From positions 32,001 to 96,000 of the IMG/VR virus record IMGVR_UViG_3300042453_002354: 64,000 bases of DNA. One strand, given 5' to 3'. Positions 45,184 to 53,506 of the stretch are shown here, piece by piece. This stretch comes from a virus. Position numbers and translations under genes: made by a program. Numbering within the stretch: the first letter of the stretch is position 1; every line of letters starts with the position of its first letter. The notes beneath the pieces were generated by a model that searched no databases, had not been told where the DNA came from, and was given only the letters and a program-made list of their open reading frames with translations.

Positions 45184-47109
45184 TTAGAATTTACCTACAA
45201 TCTCGTTGAACTCAACTCCTGTTCTTACCGCCACAAAATTCAATTGAATGAAATTGATCGATCTGGCAGGTTTAATATAAATGTCACCAACAAATTCATT
45301 ACGATCAATTACTTCAGGAGTATTATTTCTGGAGTCAGCAACGACATAGAAATCGAAGATACCCCTTCTGCTCTTAACCAACTGAAGATATGGTTCAATC
45401 AAAGACTTGAATTGGCTTCTTGTAAATTCATCGTTAAACTCAAACAGTGAGAATCTAGCAGCACGAGCAATACTCTTTTCCAGTACAATGAACAATCTTC
45501 TGACATTAATTCTGTCAAATGCACTTGGTTTAGACAACAAAGTTTTATCGCCGAACAGAACAGTACCTTGACCAGGGAAAGACACGACAGGATTCACACC
45601 AGCTTGATACAAATCATCTCTATCTGCTTGGTTAGGGTTGTATGCCAATTTGACTACATTCTTTATATTGCCTCTGTTGAATCCAGCAGGAGAATACCAA
45701 GGATCTCTTTCGGTATCAGTTCTTACCATTAATCCTGCTATATCACCGTTTAGTGGCAACCATCTATATGCATCATTGTATTTGTCATATTGATATTTCC
45801 AACCAGAATCTAATACTGCATATGAACTAGAAGGTAAATTGTTTCTAAATGTCACAATATCTTCTGCTTCTTGCTTTGAGTTTGCAACAACATCATCTCT
45901 TTCTGGTGAAAGAACAACTAGACAATCTTTTCTAAACTCTGCTATATTATTAATCAAATATGTTGCAAGTGTTGCATCTGCATCACCGCCGAGTACAAAT
46001 GAAATGTCAATTCTTTCTGGATCTTTAAACAGATCAAATCCTGAAATTTTATCAGAATTATTAGCACTAGAACCATCAGAACCGCCAGATAAACTAAATG
46101 TGCTAGGTTTGTCTATGCTATCAAAGACTGTACCCGAAGCAGTCGAACCCCAGTTTATTCCAGCAGGAAGATGATCTGTCCACCAAACATATCTGGAAGA
46201 ACGATTCAACACATCCACATAATAATTACTGGAACCATCTTCCGATTTCGCATCCGATGCAAGTGAAAGTAATGCAAATCTTTCCAAAACTGAACCGGCT
46301 TGTCCACTGAAGAGCCCGTCTTCGTCAATAACCACTATATTAACCTGATCTCCTTCACCACCTCTTCCAGCAACAAAATCCGATGTTCCTGGTACAAACC
46401 TAACAACATCCGCAAATTCCCAAGAAAATTGTAGTTGAGAACCAGAGACTGGTGTATACTGTAAGCCAACTGCAAATGACGAATTGATTTCAAATGAAGA
46501 TGCAGACACGGAAACTACAACTCTTTCTTGACCAACATTAGCAGCAGTATCGTCTAATAGTATTTTAATCTTACTGCCAACTTCTAGATGATCTGTTAAA
46601 TCAACCGAACCAACTACAGAAACCAAAACCCCACCACCTGCGGACGAGAATCGTAAAGCGGCAGGTGTCTGAAACTTATATGCATTTGCTGAAGGACATA
46701 TGGAAACTTTAAGACTATTTCCTTTTTCGCCTGCATACTTAGCGGCAAAAGGTCCAACAGTCGCCGAACCATCCGCAAAATCTACTAGATATGAATCTTC
46801 ATTTTTTATTAGAGCACCAGAACCATCTGCGGTTGCATTAGCCGCACCGGAACCAACAACTCTAACTAATCTTAGCTTATTTCCATAAGCTAGAAAGTTT
46901 GCACAAGTAAAAAAACTAACAAAATTGTCATTCGTTGGTTTGCCAAATTGTTCGACTAGACCGAGTTCATCCTCTACTAACTGAATATCCTCTACTGGTC
47001 CCCAAGAAAAAGAACCAGCAAAAGCACCCTCTGTTGTAGATGCAGATGGCACTACTGTCGTTAAATCTATTTCACTGACATTTACGCCAGGGCTGACTTG
47101 AAATCCCAT
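45184..47109 (-). CDS. gp18: Tail sheath protein (gp18)
   Basis: SPGVNVSEIDLT, WKYQYDKYND, PWYSPAGFNRG, FDRINVRRLF, IKPARSINFI; TATAAATA at 47161-47168. Confidence 0.97.
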   Translation of the reverse strand: MGFQVSPGVNVSEIDLTTVVPSASTTEGAFAGSFSWGPVEDIQLVEDELGLVEQFGKPTNDNFVSFFTCANFLAYGNKLRLVRVVGSGAANATADGSGALIKNEDSYLVDFADGSATVGPFAAKYAGEKGNSLKVSICPSANAYKFQTPAALRFSSAGGGVLVSVVGSVDLTDHLEVGSKIKILLDDTAANVGQERVVVSVSASSFEINSSFAVGLQYTPVSGSQLQFSWEFADVVRFVPGTSDFVAGRGGEGDQVNIVVIDEDGLFSGQAGSVLERFALLSLASDAKSEDGSSNYYVDVLNRSSRYVWWTDHLPAGINWGSTASGTVFDSIDKPSTFSLSGGSDGSSANNSDKISGFDLFKDPERIDISFVLGGDADATLATYLINNIAEFRKDCLVVLSPERDDVVANSKQEAEDIVTFRNNLPSSSYAVLDSGWKYQYDKYNDAYRWLPLNGDIAGLMVRTDTERDPWYSPAGFNRGNIKNVVKLAYNPNQADRDDLYQAGVNPVVSFPGQGTVLFGDKTLLSKPSAFDRINVRRLFIVLEKSIARAARFSLFEFNDEFTRSQFKSLIEPYLQLVKSRRGIFDFYVVADSRNNTPEVIDRNEFVGDIYIKPARSINFIQLNFVAVRTGVEFNEIVGKF

Positions 47110-47192
47110 TTGTATCTCCTGTATTCAAAAAAGATAATTGAAAAATAATTTCTATAGAGATATTTATATTTTTGTCTCTTTACAGGAGTGTT

Positions 47193-48878
47193 CTAAAATT
47201 TCCACTTTTTGTTATTGAAATTGTTTTGCCAATTATTTAAATCTCTAGAAGCATCGTTATGTCCTACAATTTGCCATCTTGTTCCTATGTCATCGACATA
47301 AAAATTATCATCTTCTGGTCTATAAAGTATAGGAAATGGAATCAATTCATCTTCATTTTCTTTTATTGCTTGTTGTCTTGCATTACTTTTAGTTAGTTGC
47401 ATAAACAAGGTATCCGATGTCATCCAAGCAAACATAACAAGACACATTACCAAATCATCAAATCTTCCTGGTTCTGCCGCATATCCATTTTTTGCATTAC
47501 CACTGGCGACAAATGTTGTAAACTCACTTAGAGTTTCAAAATCGTGTATTTTTAATTTATCTTGTTCTATAAGTAGTTTTAGGTTTGAGCATCCTAATTT
47601 TTTGGTGTGTGGTGTGCTCTTTAATCCCAATCTTGGTCTATTTTTGCCTGGACCTAATGTTAAATTTTGTCCACCTCTTCCTTTATCGCAAGTGCAAAGA
47701 AGATTTTCATATTCCAAATCATTCCATATAATATGAGGTATTTTATCTCCTGTATTTACTTCAACTAGAATGTAAGCATCATTATAATACTTTGCTATAT
47801 TGACCACAGAAGTTGGTACCATTATATCTGCTATTTTATTTGAACGATATCTCGCCACTTGCTCATAATTTCCATCGGTACCATCTATAACTTGATATGC
47901 TGTGTAGTTTTGTCCCACACCCTCAGATACGTCAACAATTATAAAATAAACGTGATCCTTTTCTGGTGTCTTGAAAATGTTTACACCATTCTGTACTACT
48001 TTTGGTTCTTGCCATTTTATGGTTTTGATTTTTGCTGGCGATATCAAAGTGTTTGAAGAACCTAAAAAGTCTCCACCAAATTCTTGGATGAATTTTTCTT
48101 CACCCATATTTGCAATTTGACTTTCATACCAATCTTGATCTCTGCCAGGAACTTGAGACCAATGCGCTTCTACGGGTATGAATTGATTATTTCCCGAAAC
48201 TGCATCGGTCCAATATCTATAAAAATGATTCATACCGTTTGGTGTAGAAATCATAAACAACTTTGTTGTTTTACCGGAAGATATTACAGGAAATACGGAA
48301 GCAAAAAAGTCTTCTGCAATACTTTCATCTACGAATGCAAACTCTTCTAGTAGAACCATATTGTACGTTCCACCTCGACCAGAAGAACTTGAAGTTGGTA
48401 CTGCTTTTACCAAAGAATTATTTTCTAGAAGAATTGAATGTTTATTCCATTCACCAACACCTTGTTGCATCCATCTAGGTAATTGTTCGTATGCAAATCT
48501 AACTTTGCCAAGAATTTCTATAGCGGTGTCACTTTTGTTTGCCAGAATCAAAACTTTGTAGTTTTCTTTGAAGAGAATCGACCACAAAACATATGCACAA
48601 GTGATGGTACTCTTACCGATCTGACGGCTGCACTTCACTATAGCAAATCGGTTTTCATTGTATACTTTTATGATATCCTTTTGGAAATCATAAAGTTTCA
48701 TATATTTTTCTGGCTCATCTTCGTCCAGAGTTACTATTTTAATATAATTTTCAATAAAATATAAAGGGTCTTGAGAACACTTTACGTATTCTTCCACCTG
48801 TTCTGTCGTGAACTCGATTGAAATATTGGTCGCTTTAAGGTTTGGATTACCTTTGTATACTGTTTTTCTTTGTGACAT
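47193..48878 (-). CDS. gp17: Terminase large subunit (gp17)
   Basis: Y.GNPNLK, SRQIGKST, LEEFAFV, STPNGMNHFY, DVSEGVG, DDLVMCL. Confidence 0.96.
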   Translation of the reverse strand: MSQRKTVYKGNPNLKATNISIEFTTEQVEEYVKCSQDPLYFIENYIKIVTLDEDEPEKYMKLYDFQKDIIKVYNENRFAIVKCSRQIGKSTITCAYVLWSILFKENYKVLILANKSDTAIEILGKVRFAYEQLPRWMQQGVGEWNKHSILLENNSLVKAVPTSSSSGRGGTYNMVLLEEFAFVDESIAEDFFASVFPVISSGKTTKLFMISTPNGMNHFYRYWTDAVSGNNQFIPVEAHWSQVPGRDQDWYESQIANMGEEKFIQEFGGDFLGSSNTLISPAKIKTIKWQEPKVVQNGVNIFKTPEKDHVYFIIVDVSEGVGQNYTAYQVIDGTDGNYEQVARYRSNKIADIMVPTSVVNIAKYYNDAYILVEVNTGDKIPHIIWNDLEYENLLCTCDKGRGGQNLTLGPGKNRPRLGLKSTPHTKKLGCSNLKLLIEQDKLKIHDFETLSEFTTFVASGNAKNGYAAEPGRFDDLVMCLVMFAWMTSDTLFMQLTKSNARQQAIKENEDELIPFPILYRPEDDNFYVDDIGTRWQIVGHNDASRDLNNWQNNFNNKKWKF

Positions 48879-48882
48879 AATA

Positions 48883-49377
48883 TTATTGTGATTTTAATTG
48901 TTTCAGTAATTTATGTAGCTCCGTTGTGCTTCCTACAAAGACATTATTATTTACCGTTTGTGCCTTCGCCTCTTCCGGTTCCTTCATCGTTTCTATCTCT
49001 CTCTTATCTTTATGTGCCTCTATTAGTTGTTTATTTCCTTCTAATATGGTCTTTATCATCAAAGACAAAACTTCGTATGCTCTTGGATGTTGAGAACTTC
49101 TAGCCAATTCCAAAAGATCCGTAATAGCTTCTTGACCCGCTTCTATAGCAGTCATCATATGACCACGAAGATATTCAAAATCATTTAACATTAAATTTTT
49201 TGAGTCATCACTGTTTGTATTTACTGCCTTTGCTATATCTTTTCTGACAGAATCATATTCAACAATTTGCTCCTTTTCCGTGAGGCTTTTTATTTCTTCC
49301 GTTTTTTCTTTTGACATAAAAAAGTTTTTATCCTTCGGTGATATGCCTGCTTTATAATTCATATTTAACTCCTTCAA
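48883..49377 (-). CDS. gp16: Terminase small subunit (gp16)
   Basis: DFEY.R, HPRAYEV, NNNVFVGSTTEL. Confidence 0.88.
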   Translation of the reverse strand: MKELNMNYKAGISPKDKNFFMSKEKTEEIKSLTEKEQIVEYDSVRKDIAKAVNTNSDDSKNLMLNDFEYLRGHMMTAIEAGQEAITDLLELARSSQHPRAYEVLSLMIKTILEGNKQLIEAHKDKREIETMKEPEEAKAQTVNNNVFVGSTTELHKLLKQLKSQ

Positions 49378-50225
49378 TCATCTACATCAACGTCCGTTCC
49401 TGTCACTGGGTCGTATCTTTTACCATCATTAAACTCGAAACTCGATTCAGTATAACCATAATCATCATTTGGTCCGGCAGAGTTTGGATCTGGCGTGAGT
49501 ATGTGTCTCTGTATTCTAGGAATCTTTTTCAAATTTTCACTAGAAGGATCTATTTCTCCGAAATTATTTTCAGGCAATTTTGTATGAGTATTGACAATAA
49601 CTTCTCGTATAATTCCTTGTTGTGATATAGGTCCATAAAAATTCATTTTCACATTGAAAGATAAGGTCCAGGTTATATCTCTTTTTGCATCTAAATCTTC
49701 CGTCCACTGATCTTCAAAGGAAACGTCAGACAAATCTATATGCATATCATCTCTGAAATTCATTTCAGGAATTGGCAAATATTGTACAGTTAAACCTGGA
49801 GTAAAATAAGGTAAGATTTGTTCTACAATTTGATTGCATTCATCCGCAAACTTTGACAGTATGTATAGATCGATTTTAATATTATATGGAACTGTGGTAA
49901 ATTGTTTTAATAGAGTTTGATTGTCTTTTACCTTTGTGTATTTTTCTATCTTAGAAAGTTTTCTTGTAGTGTCATAAACCATTGAAGTCATTTGAAACGA
50001 CATTCTAGGTTGAATTGAATCTACAGTGTTTGGTTCAACCATATTGTTTTGTTCTTGTCTATAAACCCAACTTTCTTTTGGTCCATAAACTATAGGAACT
50101 TTAAATCTCTCAACTTCATTTCCAGAAGTATCAATTTTTTTTACAGTTATATTACTGAATAATGTACCAAAAACGGTAACAGCTTTTCTAAAAGATTTGT
50201 GATAGAACCATTCATTATTAAACAT
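49374..50225 (-). CDS. gp15: Tail sheath stabilizer/terminator (gp15)
   Basis: FYH..RK.V..FGTLF, VPIVYGPKE, PRMSF, QIVEQILPYFTP. Confidence 0.92.
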   Translation of the reverse strand: MFNNEWFYHKSFRKAVTVFGTLFSNITVKKIDTSGNEVERFKVPIVYGPKESWVYRQEQNNMVEPNTVDSIQPRMSFQMTSMVYDTTRKLSKIEKYTKVKDNQTLLKQFTTVPYNIKIDLYILSKFADECNQIVEQILPYFTPGLTVQYLPIPEMNFRDDMHIDLSDVSFEDQWTEDLDAKRDITWTLSFNVKMNFYGPISQQGIIREVIVNTHTKLPENNFGEIDPSSENLKKIPRIQRHILTPDPNSAGPNDDYGYTESSFEFNDGKRYDPVTGTDVDVDD

Positions 50226-50240
50226 TTTTTTGTTCCTTTA

Positions 50241-51101
50241 TTAGCTCTTCAAAAACCCAAAAATATCCGATTCGGAAAAGTCCAAATATCCTTGAGATTC
50301 ATCAACAAATCCTCTATTATTTGAGAGATCAAAATCATTATCTGCCAATTGATCGGGAGTACCATCCAATGTTTTCGTAGTTCCGCTAGTTGCGCCAGTG
50401 ATAATACCATTAGCGGTATAAAATACTCCTTTTATATTAATCAATTTTAATTCGTTTTTAGTATAATCCCAGAGTGCGACTTCACCACTGGCGGTTGAAT
50501 TTGCTAAACTAGTTCCTTGAAAAACGATTTCATTATCTAAAAAATTGCCAACACTGTTAGTAACTTTTAATAATAAAGTTCTAGAATAATCAGTTTCAAT
50601 CTGATCAATTTCAGCAATTCCAGTATCGAATTGTTCTTGTCCAAATTCAAATTTAGTAACTTCTAGTTCATAAATTGGCAAATCACCTAATTGAAACCAT
50701 CTTTCAAATTTGTTTACAAATTTTATTTCCCATAATGAATTTGTAGGAGGATCGAAAATTAAATCTCCTTCTCTAGGATTATCTAATTCATAATTAGTTG
50801 CTTGATCGAATCTAGTTTTTGAAACTACTAAAGTTATTCTATGTTCTAATTGTAAACCAAACTTTGATATGTGCTCCTGTGCACCTTCAAATGCTTGACT
50901 CTTATAATACATTTCCAAATCATAGTAGTCATCAAATTTAGATAAGATGTCTTCACCGTATATTAAATCTAATTTTTGTGTAGTTCTTGGCAGATAAAGC
51001 AAATCTACGCCATGTATCTGTATGACCTCTTTAATAAGATCGTCTACTAAATTTTGTTCTGAACGAACTCTAAATTGTCTGAAATATGGATTACTTGGCA
51101 C
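50241..51101 (-). CDS. gp14: Neck protein (gp14)
   Basis: EQNLVDDLIKE.IQIHG, YLPR, SKFGL, PREGDLI, DFSE..FG; TATAAATA at 51125-51132. Confidence 0.9.
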   Translation of the reverse strand: MPSNPYFRQFRVRSEQNLVDDLIKEVIQIHGVDLLYLPRTTQKLDLIYGEDILSKFDDYYDLEMYYKSQAFEGAQEHISKFGLQLEHRITLVVSKTRFDQATNYELDNPREGDLIFDPPTNSLWEIKFVNKFERWFQLGDLPIYELEVTKFEFGQEQFDTGIAEIDQIETDYSRTLLLKVTNSVGNFLDNEIVFQGTSLANSTASGEVALWDYTKNELKLINIKGVFYTANGIITGATSGTTKTLDGTPDQLADNDFDLSNNRGFVDESQGYLDFSESDIFGFLKS

Positions 51102-51141
51102 AATATTCTCCTTACGTACCTAGTTATTTATAGATTAGATT

Positions 51142-51801
51142 TTAACTGACCGATACGTTTCTATAATTTTTCATTATGCCGTGATCTACCATCACCGCAT
51201 GAAGTGTGATTGAACCGCCAGATCTGATTATCGTGTCTTTATCTATTTCATCTGATATGGATAAAAATGCATTTAAGTTACTAACATCATCATCAACCAA
51301 AACGACATAATTGTAATTTGATTGTTCAATAATTTTTTTGATCACAATTTTTTTGTTTATCGCAGATCCTTTGCCAGAACTTATGTTTCCTGCTCTGATT
51401 ACATGAATTTTACTATCTCTATTGTGTCCAACATCTATTTTGTATTTTCTAAGTGTGTTTAGAAATCCTTCTTTATTGTCAAAATCTGATCTTGCTGTCA
51501 ATAAATAAATTGAAGAATTTCTAGATTTGGCGGTCTTTTGTATTCTATTTAATAATTCTATAGTAACGGAAATTGGTACTGAAGTTTTTTGAAATAACTC
51601 AGCACTTCTAAATTCACCGAAGTCGAAAGACTCGCCATCTTGCAATTCGTAGGTATTAAATTCTGTATTTGTTAGGCTTTTTATTGTTTTGTTATTTTTG
51701 ACAACTTTGATTTTTGCAAAAGTATTGAATAAAGTTTCATCTATGTCAACAAAAGTAACAGATCTAGATTTTAGATAATCTTTGAAACTTTTTATAGGCA
51801 T
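51142..51801 (-). CDS. HAD-superfamily phosphatase-like protein
   Basis: FVDIDETL (DxD), LLTARS, K, LVDDDVSNL motifs; starts MPIKSFKDYL. Confidence 0.7.
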   Translation of the reverse strand: MPIKSFKDYLKSRSVTFVDIDETLFNTFAKIKVVKNNKTIKSLTNTEFNTYELQDGESFDFGEFRSAELFQKTSVPISVTIELLNRIQKTAKSRNSSIYLLTARSDFDNKEGFLNTLRKYKIDVGHNRDSKIHVIRAGNISSGKGSAINKKIVIKKIIEQSNYNYVVLVDDDVSNLNAFLSISDEIDKDTIIRSGGSITLHAVMVDHGIMKNYRNVSVS

Positions 51802-51804
51802 ATA

Positions 51805-52839
51805 TTATCCCATCCAAATATAACCCATAGACGTTTGAAATTCTTTTTGAAGTCTAACTTCTAACTTCTCCATTTCAGTAACTGCTTCGTCGTATATTTT
51901 TTGACCATTGAGTGTTACACCTCCCATTAAAGCAACACCATCATACTTCTTCAGATTATTGCCCCATTGCATCTTGAACAATAGATAAGCATATTCTCTA
52001 ACAAAATAATTGGAGTATACTTTAGGATAGTCAGAAGGATTTAATGCTTTCCACGCTTTAACCACAACGGTATCATCTATTTTAATTTGATTACCCCAAT
52101 CCGTGTTGATATTTAATCTGCCTGTGATTTGATTGAAATCGAATCTTGGTTGTGCGTTTAATTCAAAATCCAATAACGATAGATGTCTACGAAACATATC
52201 ATATGATATAATGTCTGTGCTGATAAGATGTGGTAAATTATTCAAATAGAATTGATATTTTACGTTCCACATTCCGGCGCCAGGATATCCCGTGTCCAGT
52301 TTTAATAAATGTGAAATTGCTATAATATCATCACCTAATGGCAAATAATGTCTATCGATATCACCCGCTACAAAAGGATTAGTTGCTGCCAATACTGCAA
52401 CAGTATTAGTGGATTCTCCTTTTATTGTTTCTCCTGGCAAGAATTGTATAAAATTGGCATATTGATTATCTTTCTTGGTATCATAAACTCTTATTGAAAG
52501 ATTATCACCAGCTTTATCGAAAAATTTAGTTTCTGCACCGCTGGTTAGTCCTATAATCTTTTCGTTTGTTTGAAATTCTGCTGTTACTGCCGATGCAAAA
52601 TTTATTTTACTGCCACTTATTTTATGTTGTAGATAGATGTCTTGTACGCCATCAAAGTGGTATTGCTTGAAATAATCCAATGCTTCTGATAATCTATCTT
52701 CACATTGCTCTGGTGATATGTTAATATCTATGACAGGTGCACCAAGTTTGGTCAAAACCCAATCTTTTAATTGTCTTCTTGTAGTAGGTAAAGCCATTTT
52801 AGATTTGCCTTTTTGATTTATTATCAGTGAGTTTGACAA
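51805..52839 (-). CDS. gp13: Neck protein (gp13); start probably 52797 (MALPTTR)
   Basis: LGAPVIDIN, YHFDG, KMQWGNNLKKYDGV.L.GGVTLNG. Confidence 0.92.
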   Translation of the reverse strand: MSNSLIINQKGKSKMALPTTRRQLKDWVLTKLGAPVIDINISPEQCEDRLSEALDYFKQYHFDGVQDIYLQHKISGSKINFASAVTAEFQTNEKIIGLTSGAETKFFDKAGDNLSIRVYDTKKDNQYANFIQFLPGETIKGESTNTVAVLAATNPFVAGDIDRHYLPLGDDIIAISHLLKLDTGYPGAGMWNVKYQFYLNNLPHLISTDIISYDMFRRHLSLLDFELNAQPRFDFNQITGRLNINTDWGNQIKIDDTVVVKAWKALNPSDYPKVYSNYFVREYAYLLFKMQWGNNLKKYDGVALMGGVTLNGQKIYDEAVTEMEKLEVRLQKEFQTSMGYIWMG

Positions 52840-52913
52840 TACTAGTTATTATTTATTCACATTTAAATTGTCTATAAATAATTAAACAGAATTGAATATT
52901 TCGGAGAACTAAT

Positions 52914-53483
52914 ATGAGACTTCTTTTTTTAAAATTTTTAAATTTGGTTGAACGTCTTCTTAGAAAATATGTAGGCGAAGAAGAGGTAAAAAGTGACAAA
53001 GTATCGAACGATGTCAAACCAGTAGTTGAACCGGAACCCGTCAAAGTGGAAGAAAGTTTAGACGATCCTGAAACGACCGATCTCAACGGACCAGGAGTAA
53101 CACATTGTCTTTGGAAACCAGTATCGGATACTTCACCAGAATTAGTTATTGTAGTTGCTGCCGATACCATTAGAAGAGAACATCTAGTATTAGAATTGCG
53201 TGATAGTAGTGATAAAATAATAAAACTAAAAACTAATAGAAGCTACAGTGATCATAGAGGAAATCAATTACCGGATCACAAATTGGGTAGATTTAATTTT
53301 AAGCCTGGATTTAAAATAGAAAATTTAAAAAGTAGAGAACCAATAACTGTTAAATTTTTCATTCAAATAGGAAAAAAGAAACACGAATGTAAAGTTGGCG
53401 GTAAAGATTCGTTTGTCATCAAAGATGTGGCAAAACGTTGGGTCTGTACCGCCGGTCGTGTTAGATTAGATCCTAAGAAATGA
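52914..53483 (+). CDS. Hypothetical late protein on the opposite strand
   Basis: 189 aa; TATAAATA at 52873-52880 on the plus strand; GGAG RBS. Confidence 0.7.
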   Translation: MRLLFLKFLNLVERLLRKYVGEEEVKSDKVSNDVKPVVEPEPVKVEESLDDPETTDLNGPGVTHCLWKPVSDTSPELVIVVAADTIRREHLVLELRDSSDKIIKLKTNRSYSDHRGNQLPDHKLGRFNFKPGFKIENLKSREPITVKFFIQIGKKKHECKVGGKDSFVIKDVAKRWVCTAGRVRLDPKK

Positions 53484-53506
53484 TTTAATTTTAATCACCA
53501 AGAAAA

